NCBI GenBank assembly: GCA_045648925.1
Contig: JAZROY010000001.1
Coordinates: forward strand, 8,841-72,840
Length of the DNA stretch: 64,000 bases
From: Candidatus Enterousia sp.
Lineage (GTDB): Bacteria > Pseudomonadota > Alphaproteobacteria > Rs-D84
Direction: 5' to 3'
Part shown: positions 36,326-46,783 of the stretch, one piece after another
Position numbering within the stretch: the stretch's first letter is position 1
Layout of the letters: the number at the start of each line of letters is the position of its first letter
Translations under genes and position numbers: made by a program
Notes under the pieces: generated by a model
What the model saw: the letters and a program-made list of their open reading frames with translations, nothing else
Databases searched by the model: none
What the model was told of the DNA's origin: nothing

Positions 36326-37282
36326 TTATCTGGCTACCTCGCCCTTAATAGCAGAATGGCAAATATAATCTTTTAAAACAAATCCACCGTCTGCAGACCA
36401 GTTCAGCAACCCGTTCCAGTTGTTGTCCGGAATTTCAACGCTTGGGAGTTTGTTTGGTTTGCGTGAAAGTTGCTCTTTGACCTGGGCAATATGATTTTCA
36501 TAAATATGAACATCGTGTAATTCGCCACGCAAGACACCAGGTTTATAACCTGTTTCTTTGGCATATAACATTAACAATAGCGCATAAGAAGCAATGTTAT
36601 ATGGGATACCCAAAAACATATCACAAGAACGTTGTGTCCATATTAAATTAAGTTTTCCATTATGAACCAAAATCTGGTGCATTATATGGCAAGGTGGCAA
36701 AGCCATTTTATATTGGTCCACTGGGTTCCATGCGCTTACAATAATACGGCGATTGTTTGGGTCTGTTTTGATTGTGTCGATTGCGTTTGCAACTTGGTCA
36801 ATTCCGCGATTTCTGGTATCAAAGTTTTCATCTGGAGTTTCCGGGTTCCAAACATATTTTCCGCCAAAATGACGCCATTGCCAACCATAAATAGGTCCCA
36901 AATCGCGTTCGTTGTTCATACATTCGTTTTGTAATTGTTGAACTTCTTCGTCTGTTAATCTTCTTTGCTTTTCGATTTGTAAATTTGCCCATTTTTGACG
37001 AAATATTGGTTTCCATTTAGGTGCGCTTGCCCATTCGTCCCAAATATGACATTTGCGGTCTTGAAGCCATTTTTTATCTGTATAACCTTTGATAAAAAAT
37101 TCCAATTCTGTGGCGATGTTTTTCAATCCCATTTTCTTGGTGGTCAATAACGGAAAACCAGTTTCCATATCGTGTTCAAAAGTTGCACCCCATGGAATAC
37201 GGATAGTTTTTATTCCTGTGCGATTATCAGAGATTGTGCCGTTTTCCAAACAGTTTTGTAATATATCGAGATATGCTTTCAT
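36326..37282 (-). CDS. thyA: thymidylate synthase (ThyA type)
   Basis: It has the active-site block LPPCH (ALPPCHIMHQ) and the folate-binding motif DMFLGIPYNIASYALL. It is 318 aa. Confidence 0.9.
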   Translation of the reverse strand: MKAYLDILQNCLENGTISDNRTGIKTIRIPWGATFEHDMETGFPLLTTKKMGLKNIATELEFFIKGYTDKKWLQDRKCHIWDEWASAPKWKPIFRQKWANLQIEKQRRLTDEEVQQLQNECMNNERDLGPIYGWQWRHFGGKYVWNPETPDENFDTRNRGIDQVANAIDTIKTDPNNRRIIVSAWNPVDQYKMALPPCHIMHQILVHNGKLNLIWTQRSCDMFLGIPYNIASYALLLMLYAKETGYKPGVLRGELHDVHIYENHIAQVKEQLSRKPNKLPSVEIPDNNWNGLLNWSADGGFVLKDYICHSAIKGEVAR

Positions 37283-37354
37283 AATTTTTTACCTTTTCTT
37301 CCTTCTGCATTCTCGCCGCCTCAGGCAAAATAGTATATAATATGAAGTTTTAAG

Positions 37355-37390
37355 TCAATAAAAAACCGCCCTTTTCGGGCGGTTTAATTA
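37355..37390. terminator. bidirectional terminator (accgccc-ttttc-gggcggt) downstream of tig (-)
   Basis: The hairpin has A-runs and T-runs on both sides. Confidence 0.7.
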
Positions 37391-38698
37391 TTTTACAGAT
37401 GCCTGTTTAAACAATTCTTCTGCGGGAACAGATTTTTCTTTGTGTTTTACATGCTTTAACATAGCATCCAAAGCTTTTCTTTCAAAAATCATACCGCGTA
37501 ACATAGTGACAGCATTTTGATTTTTGTTATAAAATTCAAAAATCTGTTTTGGATCTGGATAACGAGATGCTTCTGCCCAGATTGCCTGTTGCAAATCGTC
37601 ACGAGTCACTTCGACTTTGTGTTGGGTGCCCCATTCTGCCAATACCAAGCCCAATTTTACACGACGTTCCGCATCTTTCTTTTCTTGTTTTTCGTCCCAT
37701 TTATGATCTTTGCATTTTTTGTCATCGCAATGTGCGTGTTGTGCATCGTGTTCTTGTTTTGCCATATTTAATTCTTGGGTAACCAAAGATTCAGGTAAAT
37801 CCATTTTTACTTTGTCGCCCAATATTTCCAACAATTCGTTACGCATTTCGCGTTGGGCCGCTTCGTCATATTGATTGTTGATAATTTTACGGATGTGTTC
37901 CTTTAATTTTTCAACAGAATCTTGACCGACTTCTTTTGCCAATTCATCATTTAATTCTGGCAAAATGTGTTTGCGGATTTCATGAATTTTAACTTCGAAT
38001 TTGGCTTTTTTACCCGCTAAATTTTCGGCATGATATTCTTTTGGAAATGTCACATTTACATCAAATTCATCGCCTGCTTTGTGACCGATAATTTGGTCTT
38101 CGAATCCAGGAATAAATGCACCAGAACCCAAAATCAGATGATGTTTTTTTGCTTCGCCACCTTCAAAAGCATCTTTGCCGATAAAGCCCTTGAAATCAAT
38201 AACAGCAACATCGCCATTAGTAGCTTTGTACTTTTCATCTTGTTTTTCGGCAACACTGCGTGATTTGCGGATGTTTTCCAAAGCAATATCAACTTCTTTT
38301 TCATCCAGTTTGGCAACTTTCTTGGTGACCGTAATTTTTGATAAATCAATTTCAGGCAATACAGGTAATACATCGAATTCAATAGAATATTCAATATCTT
38401 TACCAACATTGAACCCAGCAAAATCAACCTTTGGTTGAGCTGCAAGACGCAATTTTTTATCGCTGATATATTTTTGTAAATCTTCGTTGATGGCTTTATC
38501 GACCGCTTCGCCCCATGCAGATGCGTTATATCTTTGGCGCAATACAGATAAAGGAATATGTCCAGGACGAAAACCACGTAATTTTGCAGTTTTGCCAAAT
38601 TCGGTTAAAACTTTGTCGGCCGCTTTTTGTAAATCATCGGCGCTGATTTTGCCGTTCAGAGAATAATGTAAATCTTTAACTTTTTCTTTTGTAAACAT
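37388..38698 (-). CDS. tig: trigger factor
   Basis: It has a ribosome-binding N-domain (GFRPGHIP), an FKBP-type PPIase domain (GFIPGFEDQIIGHKAGDEF), and a C-terminal arm domain. It is 436 aa. Confidence 0.85.
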   Translation of the reverse strand: MFTKEKVKDLHYSLNGKISADDLQKAADKVLTEFGKTAKLRGFRPGHIPLSVLRQRYNASAWGEAVDKAINEDLQKYISDKKLRLAAQPKVDFAGFNVGKDIEYSIEFDVLPVLPEIDLSKITVTKKVAKLDEKEVDIALENIRKSRSVAEKQDEKYKATNGDVAVIDFKGFIGKDAFEGGEAKKHHLILGSGAFIPGFEDQIIGHKAGDEFDVNVTFPKEYHAENLAGKKAKFEVKIHEIRKHILPELNDELAKEVGQDSVEKLKEHIRKIINNQYDEAAQREMRNELLEILGDKVKMDLPESLVTQELNMAKQEHDAQHAHCDDKKCKDHKWDEKQEKKDAERRVKLGLVLAEWGTQHKVEVTRDDLQQAIWAEASRYPDPKQIFEFYNKNQNAVTMLRGMIFERKALDAMLKHVKHKEKSVPAEELFKQASVK

Positions 38699-38799
38699 AA
38701 TTTATCCTTTGGATATTAAACTGGGGTTGATTATACAAGTATTTTTTTCAAAATTCAACATAAACATTTATAAAAATATACCTATAATCTCATATAACA

Positions 38800-38832
38800 A
38801 AAAACCGCCGTTCGGGCGGTTTTTTGAATAAT
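38800..38832 (-). terminator. rho-independent terminator after rpsI (accgccgttcgggcggt)
   Basis: A hairpin with a T-run lies on the minus strand. Confidence 0.65.
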
Positions 38833-38844
38833 TCTTGAAAACGA

Positions 38845-39387
38845 TTAACGTTTGCTGAATTGAGTAGAACGACGAGCCTTGTGATAACCATAATGCTTAC
38901 GTTCAACAACACGACTGTCGCGTGTCAAGAAGCCAGCGGCCTTTAATGCCTTGCGTAAATCTGGTTCTGCTTTTTCCAATGCTTTGGAAATACCGTGTTT
39001 TACGGCACCAGCCTGGCCAGATAAACCACCACCGGCAACCATAGCAATTACATCATATGCGCCATCGCGTTTTGTGACATCAAAAGGTTGAACCAAAATC
39101 ATCTGCAACACAGGACGTTTGAAATAATCTTTCATTGGTGTTCCATTGATAACAATGTTGCCCTTGCCCGGTGTCAAATAAACGCGCGCGACAGAGTCCT
39201 TGCGTTTACCGGTTGCGTAAACAGAACCATTCAATTTTGTTGTTGCTACGGTCGCTGTTTTAGCAGCAGCTGAGGTTTTTGTGGTTGTCTTTGTTGTTTT
39301 TGCAGTCGTTGCTTTTTTCGCAGGGGCTGCTTTTTTAGTAGTTGTTTTCACAGCGGTTTTTGTTGCTGTCTTTTTTGTTTCTGCCAT
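38845..39387 (-). CDS. rpsI: 30S ribosomal protein S9 with a ~55-aa Ala/Lys/Thr-rich N-terminal extension
   Basis: It has a conserved S9 core with the C-terminus ...[12 protein letters not shown]. The N-terminus ([32 protein letters not shown]...) is low-complexity and basic. Confidence 0.85.
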   Translation of the reverse strand: MAETKKTATKTAVKTTTKKAAPAKKATTAKTTKTTTKTSAAAKTATVATTKLNGSVYATGKRKDSVARVYLTPGKGNIVINGTPMKDYFKRPVLQMILVQPFDVTKRDGAYDVIAMVAGGGLSGQAGAVKHGISKALEKAEPDLRKALKAAGFLTRDSRVVERKHYGYHKARRSTQFSKR

Positions 39388-39860
39388 TATTCGCCCCTTT
39401 TGTTTTTACGATTTAAAGAACCAAAATCAATAACGATAGGATTTTGTGCAGCGTGTTTGTGCTCAGCGCCTGCATAAACATGCAATTTAGTCAAACGTTT
39501 GTTAGCCAACGCAACAGCAGTGCGGCGTCCCATCATGCGTTTTACAGCGTTTGTAACCAATTTTTCTGGTTTTTCGTTGCGCATTTGTCCCAATGTTCTT
39601 TCCTTGGTGCTGCCTGTCCAAAGTGAATGCCAAAAGAATTTGGTTTTATCTGCTTTGTGACCAGTCAATGCAACCTTGTCCGCGTTGATAATAATAACAT
39701 GGTCGCCACAATCCATATTTGGTGTCCATGTAGGTTTGTTTTTGCCACGAAGGATATTAGCAGTATATGCCGCCAAACGACCCAATGTGCAATTTGTTGC
39801 GTCAATCAGATACCATTTGGCTTCTAATTCGCACTTTTTTAACGATTTTGTCGTTGTCAT
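39387..39860 (-). CDS. rplM: 50S ribosomal protein L13
   Basis: The start at [21 protein letters not shown] is L13-like. The stop overlaps the rpsI start in a TAATG arrangement. The six-frame ORF extends to 39929. Confidence 0.85.
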   Translation of the reverse strand: MTTTKSLKKCELEAKWYLIDATNCTLGRLAAYTANILRGKNKPTWTPNMDCGDHVIIINADKVALTGHKADKTKFFWHSLWTGSTKERTLGQMRNEKPEKLVTNAVKRMMGRRTAVALANKRLTKLHVYAGAEHKHAAQNPIVIDFGSLNRKNKRGE

Positions 39861-39962
39861 TGTTTTTACCTTTTTTGTGTTTGTTAAAAATAACGCACCT
39901 ATTATGTCGCAAACCTGCGAAAAAGTCAAGAAAAATCAATATGGTATTATATTACCGTATAT

Positions 39963-41672
39963 TTACATTTCTTTTGGAATTTTTAATCCCATCAAATCAA
40001 TTGCAGTAGCCAGTGTATCAAAAGTCAATTTTGCGATATAAAGACGCCCTGCCCGTGTTTTGTCATCGATATCATCGCGCAAAATCGGACAATTGTGATA
40101 GAAATTATTTGCCAGTTGACATAAATCATAAGCATAATTAGCAACCAAATCTGTGGCACGATTTTCATAGGCAGACAATAACATATGTTCAAAATCCATA
40201 ATAGCAATTAGCAAATTGCGTTCTTCAATGCTTAATTCAAAAGATTTTGGTTTTGATATTTTTGCCCCTGCCCGTTTTAATACAGAATTCAAACGAACCG
40301 CTGTGTATAATATATATGGTCCTGTCTTTCCTTCGAAACTTGTAATCGCAGATGGGTCAAATATATAATCTGTTTTTACATCGTGAATTAAATCGTTAAA
40401 TTTAACCGCTGCCAAGGCAATAGATTCAATGGTTTTATCGTCTAATTTTTTTCCGGATTCGGCAACACGTACACGTACTGCCTCATTAGCTGTGTTTAAA
40501 ATGTCGTCCAGACCGGCTGCATTTCCATCGCGTGTTTTAAATGGTTTGCCGTCCGAACCATTTATCGTTCCATATCCAATGTGTTCAAATTTTTCATAAG
40601 GATATATCCCTGACATATCAGCAACACGAAAAAGTTGTTCAAAATGTAATGACTGTCGCAAATCTGTGAAATAAATAATTATATCTGGGTGGTCAGTTTT
40701 TTTACGACAATACACAGCAGCTAAATCAGTAGAATCATATGTGTCTGCACCACGAGAATCGCGCCACATATATGGTGGCATTGGTGCATTATCAGTATCG
40801 CGGCGCGTGTTTATAATCATTGCACCATCGTTTTCATAAATCATATGTCTCTTGTTTAATATTTTTTCGACATCCGATAGATATTTTGCCGCGTTGCGTT
40901 CCCCAAGATCATAATCAAAAGGTAGAATATTTAGCCGTCGCACAGTGTTGTTCATCATTTTTAATGATATAGGCAAAAACTTTTCATATAAAGCAAAATA
41001 ACCGGGATGTCCTGCTTGAAATTTTGCTTTGATTTCTTGGGCGCGTGTTTGAAATTCTGGATCTTGTTTTGCCAATTCGGATGCGGCTGGATAATAAGTA
41101 TTCAGTTCTTCTGGGGTGATGTCATAATCCACATGTTTCTTTGAATCAAAATTCGGTTGAAAATATGGCAATTCTGGGTGCAGTTTTTCAATAAAAGCGA
41201 TAACCAATCCCATTGGCTTGCCCCAATCACCGATGTGATTCCAAGAAAATGTTTTATGTCCTACAAATCTGAATATTCTGTTTAATGTATCGCCAACAAT
41301 TGATGTGCGCAAATGCCCAATATGTAGAGATTTAGCAACATTGTATGCACCATAATCCATATCTATGATTAAGGGGCTGTCAGATTTCATTTGTTTTGGC
41401 GCAGATGCATTTTGTAAAATAAAATTGTCTTTGATTTTAATGTTGATAAAGCCAGGGCCAGCAACAGAAACATTTTCAATAAAATCTAACTCTTGCAATT
41501 TTGGAACAATATCTTTTGCCAATTCCCGGGGATTTTTACCTGCAAGTTTCGCACCGACCATGGCGGCATTGGTTGAAAAATCACCAAAATCACGATTTTT
41601 TGGAACTTCAAGATTTGCTTGGAAACCTAATTTATTGTTAATGTTTTTTGATACATAGTCATATAAATTCAT
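39963..41672 (-). CDS. argS: arginyl-tRNA synthetase
   Basis: It has the HIGH motif (SLHIGHLRTS), a DALR anticodon-binding domain and the typical C-terminal ...M. The start is at MNLYDYVS. Confidence 0.85.
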   Translation of the reverse strand: MNLYDYVSKNINNKLGFQANLEVPKNRDFGDFSTNAAMVGAKLAGKNPRELAKDIVPKLQELDFIENVSVAGPGFINIKIKDNFILQNASAPKQMKSDSPLIIDMDYGAYNVAKSLHIGHLRTSIVGDTLNRIFRFVGHKTFSWNHIGDWGKPMGLVIAFIEKLHPELPYFQPNFDSKKHVDYDITPEELNTYYPAASELAKQDPEFQTRAQEIKAKFQAGHPGYFALYEKFLPISLKMMNNTVRRLNILPFDYDLGERNAAKYLSDVEKILNKRHMIYENDGAMIINTRRDTDNAPMPPYMWRDSRGADTYDSTDLAAVYCRKKTDHPDIIIYFTDLRQSLHFEQLFRVADMSGIYPYEKFEHIGYGTINGSDGKPFKTRDGNAAGLDDILNTANEAVRVRVAESGKKLDDKTIESIALAAVKFNDLIHDVKTDYIFDPSAITSFEGKTGPYILYTAVRLNSVLKRAGAKISKPKSFELSIEERNLLIAIMDFEHMLLSAYENRATDLVANYAYDLCQLANNFYHNCPILRDDIDDKTRAGRLYIAKLTFDTLATAIDLMGLKIPKEM

Positions 41673-41685
41673 AATAAATCCATTT

Positions 41686-42966
41686 TTACAAAGGTAATAC
41701 AACGCGAACTTTTAGTCCACCAAGTTCGCTGTCTTCCAAGAATATTTCGCCACCATGATTTTCAATCGCGGTTTGTGCGATGGACAACCCAAGACCTGTT
41801 CCCCCTGTGGTTTCGTTTCTAGATTCATCCAATCGAACAAATGGTTGTAATGCCAATGCTTTTTTGTCATCTGGAATACCAACCCCGTCATCTTCAATAA
41901 TAACAGTCAAAGAATCTTTGGAATCAATTTCTGTGATTTTAAGTTTTTTCTTGGCAAATCTTGCTGCATTTTCAATGATGTTGGTAAACGCACTGGTTAA
42001 AGCATTTGGACGCGCATAAAATTGAGCCGGCGTTTCAGGAAAATCAAGAATTATTTTTTTGTTAGGAGCAGCATCCCGAGCAATTCTTGTCAACATCGCA
42101 GGTAATTCAACAGTTTGTTCTATTTCTGGCATTTCACCACGCGCGAACGATAAATAGCCATTGACCATTTCTGTCATTCTGTCAATGTTGCGTAATAATT
42201 CTTCTTTGGTCACAGAATCCGTTTCAACCCCCAAACGCATACGGGTCAAAGGTGTTTTTAAATCGTGCCCGACAGCATTCAACATATCTGTTCTGGTTTT
42301 GTTGTAACGTTTTAATCTTTCCTTCATAGTTATCATTGCAGCAGCCGCTTCACGAATTTCAGATGAACCGCTGGGTTTAAATTCAGGCACATCCATTCCG
42401 CGTCCGAATTTATTTGCTGCGTTTGCAATTCGTTTTATACTGCGTGTATGAAGAATTACAAAAGGTGTAATTAATATAGATACTATTATAATAGCACCAA
42501 AAACCCATATTAAAAAAACTTCGGCACTGGTGGAATAAATACGGTGCATAGATGTTCCAAAGGTTACAGTTTTTCCATCTTTTGTTGGTATGTCTATGAA
42601 CAACAATCTTTTTGTACGGTCAATATAAATTTGTGCAGGTTGTTTTAAATTTTTTTGTAAATAATAAGCCAATTCGCCCGCTTCGCGATCTTTGTTATCA
42701 TTATGCTTTGGTCTGTTTAGATTGCTGTTTACGGAAATGTTTATGCCAATATCATGCGCCAGAGTTTGAACTGCGTCCATATTACCCTTTTCCATAAAGT
42801 GAACCATAGTTGTTATTTCTCCAGAAAGTGTTCGTGCCAAAGTCGCATGAACCCGCTTCCAGTGATTGCCGAAAAATGCGTTCGTCACAATCATCAACGC
42901 GATAATAAGTGGAACCAGCACCATTAAAATGGTTCTTGCTAAAAAACTGCGAGGCATAAGTTTCAT
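41686..42966 (-). CDS. sensor histidine kinase (EnvZ/PhoR-like architecture)
   Basis: It has two TM segments flanking a periplasmic domain, an H-box (HDLKTPLTRMRL), and HATPase_c G-boxes (GGTGLGLSIA). Confidence 0.8.
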   Translation of the reverse strand: MKLMPRSFLARTILMVLVPLIIALMIVTNAFFGNHWKRVHATLARTLSGEITTMVHFMEKGNMDAVQTLAHDIGINISVNSNLNRPKHNDNKDREAGELAYYLQKNLKQPAQIYIDRTKRLLFIDIPTKDGKTVTFGTSMHRIYSTSAEVFLIWVFGAIIIVSILITPFVILHTRSIKRIANAANKFGRGMDVPEFKPSGSSEIREAAAAMITMKERLKRYNKTRTDMLNAVGHDLKTPLTRMRLGVETDSVTKEELLRNIDRMTEMVNGYLSFARGEMPEIEQTVELPAMLTRIARDAAPNKKIILDFPETPAQFYARPNALTSAFTNIIENAARFAKKKLKITEIDSKDSLTVIIEDDGVGIPDDKKALALQPFVRLDESRNETTGGTGLGLSIAQTAIENHGGEIFLEDSELGGLKVRVVLPL

Positions 42967-42975
42967 ACTATCACC

Positions 42976-43614
42976 CTAGATTTTAGTTTTTATTATTTTG
43001 TATCCCGTTCCACGGACAGTTACTATGCTTATATTTGATAATACACCATTTATTTTATTACGCAAGCGTTTTACGACCATTGGCGTTGCTGAAACAGTTT
43101 TTCCAACAGGGGTTGTAAGGTTTTGTAATAATTTTTTTTCTTCTTTGGATAATGATAACAGTTTCTTGTTGCCGGTTTCATCTGAAATAAAAAAATCTTC
43201 CCCGCTGTATATCAATCCAATTGAATCGGTATTATCTGCTGTTGCCACAGGTGTATTCTTGATAATGTTGTTAAGTCGCAATACCAATTCTTGTAATTTA
43301 AACGGCTTTGACATATAATCATTTGCGCCACCAGATAAGCCATCAATAGCATTTTCTGAACCAGACAGCGCGGTTAACATTATAACAGGAGTGTTGTTGT
43401 TATTGTTGCGCAGTTTTTTTAAAAAACTAAGTCCGTCTTGTCCACCCATCATACGGTCTAATACGATGGCTTCGACAGATATTCTTTTTAAAATTTCTTC
43501 GGCATATTCGGCAGATGGTGCGGTTATAACATCAAAATCTACTTTGCGCAAACCCATTGCAAGAGTGTTGCGCAACATATCATCGTCATCAATAATTAAA
43601 ATGCTTTTGGTCAT
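42976..43614 (-). CDS. OmpR-family response regulator
   Basis: The receiver domain is ILIIDDD...LDRMMGG...MLTA. The winged-helix DNA-binding C-terminus ends ...VRGTGYKII. Confidence 0.8.
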   Translation of the reverse strand: MTKSILIIDDDDMLRNTLAMGLRKVDFDVITAPSAEYAEEILKRISVEAIVLDRMMGGQDGLSFLKKLRNNNNNTPVIMLTALSGSENAIDGLSGGANDYMSKPFKLQELVLRLNNIIKNTPVATADNTDSIGLIYSGEDFFISDETGNKKLLSLSKEEKKLLQNLTTPVGKTVSATPMVVKRLRNKINGVLSNISIVTVRGTGYKIIKTKI

Positions 43615-44547
43615 TTATTTATATAAAGGATCTACTGCGTATTCACCAGGTTGAATTGCGCGATCAAGATTTTCAGAATTTTTGTATGTTGCGCGGAACT
43701 TTGCGCCATTCGTAGTAAATTCTGTCTTGAATATCAAATACCCGTTTGATGCGCCAGTCGAAGGCCCTTGTAATCCCAACGAATAATATGCGCCAATTAA
43801 ACCATAATCAAGGTCAATATAGTCGACATTTAACAGTAAAGATACATTTGAAACCCCGTCACTGGTCAAATTGCAGGCAAATTCACGATTCATCAATGTT
43901 GCCTGGGAATTATTAGGAACAGAAATGTCCATGATTGTAGGTTCACAAGTGTGTTTTATCCCGTTGATTAAAAATTCATAAGTCATTGTGACGGTTGCGC
44001 GCGAAAGTCCGCGTGATAAATTAACCTGGGAAATTGTTGCTTTTGGTATCTTTACCAGCGCATTGGCAATTCCAGCACGCACAGGAAAAGATATCCCAGA
44101 TTGCAAGCAACTGCGTGAAAATGGGTCTGCTTCACAAATAAAAACCCGAGAGTGTGCATTGGTTAAGAACATATTAGCCAAACTGTTGAATAAAAATGTT
44201 CTTGTTATACGGTCGTTCAACCGTGTACAATTAAAATCACGACAAATTACAGTTGGTCTTTCCGCAAATTGAACCCCAGGGTTATAGGCGGCTTCTTCTG
44301 ATTGAACCTGGTATATAACCTGGTCATAGTCAATTTCGTCATCCATATTCATAAATTCTGTTTCTGGAATAAAATTTACATCGTCAGGATATGCGTAATA
44401 CGAACGCATAGGAACTTCTGTATAAATGGTTTGAATCTCTTCAACCGAATAATTTTCAAAGTCCTCGTTATCCAATCTTGATATACCGGCATATGCGTTG
44501 TTTGCGCAAAATACCAATGCCCCAGTTAATAAAAAAAGTTTTTTCAT
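43615..44547 (-). CDS. secreted protein of unknown function, translationally coupled to the response regulator gene
   Basis: It has a signal peptide (MKKLFLLTGALVFCANNAYA). Its stop abuts the response regulator start (43614/43615). It is 310 aa. Confidence 0.55.
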   Translation of the reverse strand: MKKLFLLTGALVFCANNAYAGISRLDNEDFENYSVEEIQTIYTEVPMRSYYAYPDDVNFIPETEFMNMDDEIDYDQVIYQVQSEEAAYNPGVQFAERPTVICRDFNCTRLNDRITRTFLFNSLANMFLTNAHSRVFICEADPFSRSCLQSGISFPVRAGIANALVKIPKATISQVNLSRGLSRATVTMTYEFLINGIKHTCEPTIMDISVPNNSQATLMNREFACNLTSDGVSNVSLLLNVDYIDLDYGLIGAYYSLGLQGPSTGASNGYLIFKTEFTTNGAKFRATYKNSENLDRAIQPGEYAVDPLYK

Positions 44548-44699
44548 GGTGTTTAACCTTTCTCTCGTGAATTTTATACTATATATAATAGTATATTTTA
44601 TGTGCCTATGTCAAAGCAAAAAATTTTTATTGGAAATATGACTTTTTTGTTTTATATAAATATGATATAATAACGACAAGAAAATAATAGGATATAAAA

Positions 44700-45359
44700 A
44701 TGGTAGATGTTATTATTGCCGGAGAATCTGGAAAATTACATGCAGTTTATCATAAATCTGAACAAGAATCTGCGCCATTGGCGGTCGTGCTTTCGGGCAG
44801 TCCGCGTCAGAAATGCCATATGAACGATAGAATTTCATATGCGATGTTTCGTGCTTTTATGGATATTGGGTTTTCTGTGGTGCGGTTTAATTATCGCGGG
44901 GTTAACGATTCCGAAGGGGCCATTGGAACTACTGCGGATAATATGTTGGATATCGCTACTGTGGTTGATTGGATTCAGAATAAAAATGAAGACAGTGAAA
45001 AAATTTGGCTTGCTGGTCATCAACTTGGTGCCTGGTATGTTTTACAAATGTTGATGAGAAGGCCTGAAATCAGTGGTTTTGCACTGGTGTCACCGGATGT
45101 TTCGGTGTCTGATTTCAGTTTTTTGTCGCCCCGCCCCAATCGTGGTTTGTTGCTTCAGGGTATGAACGAAGGCGAAGAGGCAAATACCTTTGGCGCTCAT
45201 CTTACACAAATTTTGAAAAAACAGGCGCAAATAAGTTTGGAAACAATTCGTGTGAAAAATGCGGATGCTGCGTATTCCCAACCTGGGGATTTGCGACAAA
45301 TGTATAATGATTTAAAGGCGTATGTCGGACGTGAAAATGCTGATGACAAGTTGTTATAA
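44700..45359 (+). CDS. alpha/beta-hydrolase-fold protein with a non-canonical nucleophile elbow (GHQLG in place of GxSxG)
   Basis: The 219-aa protein has the HGG-like region AVVLSGSP, the elbow LAGHQLGAW, and an alpha/beta architecture. Confidence 0.5.
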   Translation: MVDVIIAGESGKLHAVYHKSEQESAPLAVVLSGSPRQKCHMNDRISYAMFRAFMDIGFSVVRFNYRGVNDSEGAIGTTADNMLDIATVVDWIQNKNEDSEKIWLAGHQLGAWYVLQMLMRRPEISGFALVSPDVSVSDFSFLSPRPNRGLLLQGMNEGEEANTFGAHLTQILKKQAQISLETIRVKNADAAYSQPGDLRQMYNDLKAYVGRENADDKLL

Positions 45360-45363
45360 GAAT

Positions 45364-46356
45364 ATGATAGATGAAAATAAACGTTTTATGAATCCAAATA
45401 TTCCAGATGAAATGGCTGCAACAATTCGGCCAAAGGTTTTGTCTGATTTTATTGGGCATGATGCATTGAAACAAAATTTGTCTGTGTTTGTATCGGCTGC
45501 CAAAAATCGTGGCGAAGCAATGGATCATGTTTTGCTTTATGGTCCCCCGGGATTGGGGAAAACGACTTTGGCACACATTGTTGCAAATGAATTAGGAACG
45601 AATTTTCGTGCTACATCTGCACCTATGTTGACCAAACAGGGTGATTTGGCGGCAATTTTGACCGCGTTGGAACCAATGGATGTTTTGTTTATTGATGAAA
45701 TTCATCGTCTGCCAACTGCTATAGAAGAAGTTTTATATTCTGCGATGGAAGATTTTAAATTGGATATAATGTTGGGCGAAGGTCCGACAGCTAAATCTGT
45801 TCGTATAGATTTACCGCCGTTTACTTTGGTTGGTGCAACAACACGAACTGGTTTATTGTCTAATCCGTTGCGTGACAGGTTTGGTATTGATTTACGGTTG
45901 TCTTTTTATCCTGCATCTGATTTGGCAAAAATCATTATGCGCAGTGCGAATATATTGGGAACAAAAATAGACGAAAATGGTGCAAAGTTATTGGCGAACT
46001 CTTCGCGTGGAACACCGCGTATTGCAAACCGATTGTTAAAACGTGCGCGTGATTTTGCGACTGCAATTGGTAAAGATTTTATTGATGCAGAAACGATAAA
46101 AACAACGTTGTATCAACTAGATATCGATGAAAAAGGATTGGATAAAATTGATCGTGAATATATGGATGCGATAATAAAACATTATGCCGGTGGTCCGGTC
46201 GGAATTGATAATTTGGCTGCGGCTTTGTCTGAACCTGCGGATACCATTGAAGATGTAATTGAACCGTATTTAATGCAACTTGGGTTTATACAAAGAACCC
46301 CGCGTGGTCGTATTGTGACCGAAAGTGGATATAAACATTTGGGGCTTGAAAAATAA
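45364..46356 (+). CDS. ruvB: Holliday junction branch-migration ATPase RuvB
   Basis: It has Walker A (GPPGLGKTT), Walker B (DEIHRL), sensor motifs and a winged-helix C-terminus. The start is at MIDENKR; the longer ORF from 45322 overlaps the upstream gene. Confidence 0.9.
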   Translation: MIDENKRFMNPNIPDEMAATIRPKVLSDFIGHDALKQNLSVFVSAAKNRGEAMDHVLLYGPPGLGKTTLAHIVANELGTNFRATSAPMLTKQGDLAAILTALEPMDVLFIDEIHRLPTAIEEVLYSAMEDFKLDIMLGEGPTAKSVRIDLPPFTLVGATTRTGLLSNPLRDRFGIDLRLSFYPASDLAKIIMRSANILGTKIDENGAKLLANSSRGTPRIANRLLKRARDFATAIGKDFIDAETIKTTLYQLDIDEKGLDKIDREYMDAIIKHYAGGPVGIDNLAAALSEPADTIEDVIEPYLMQLGFIQRTPRGRIVTESGYKHLGLEK

Positions 46357-46379
46357 CTTTAATTTTATCGGATAACACA

Positions 46380-46757
46380 ATGACAAAAGTATATAAATTT
46401 AATTTCACTGTTGCGTATGCGGACACCGATGCAGAGGGTGTAATGTATCATGCGCGATATATAGAAGTTGCAGAACGGGCGCGTTTTGATTTTTCTAAAA
46501 AAATACCGGTGTTGGATGGTGATGTTGGTTTTGTTGCACGTGATTTGAATATTAAATATATGTATCCGTTGTTTTTGGGTGATGATTTTGTTGTAGAGAC
46601 ACGTTTTGTAAAAATTGGTGCAGCATCTTTAACAATTGAACAAAAATTCGTGAAATGTGATAAAATTTGTGCTATAATGAATATAACCATAGCGTATTTA
46701 GGTTCTGATATGCGCCCCAAGGCGATACCAGATGAGATTGTAAATGCGTTGAAATAA
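46380..46757 (+). CDS. ybgC: tol-pal-associated acyl-CoA thioesterase (4HBT fold)
   Basis: The sequence contains VAYADTDAEGVMYHARYIEVAERARFDF. It sits immediately upstream of tolQ. Confidence 0.8.
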   Translation: MTKVYKFNFTVAYADTDAEGVMYHARYIEVAERARFDFSKKIPVLDGDVGFVARDLNIKYMYPLFLGDDFVVETRFVKIGAASLTIEQKFVKCDKICAIMNITIAYLGSDMRPKAIPDEIVNALK

Positions 46758-46783
46758 AACTTTTAAAGGGAGGGTTTAATAAA

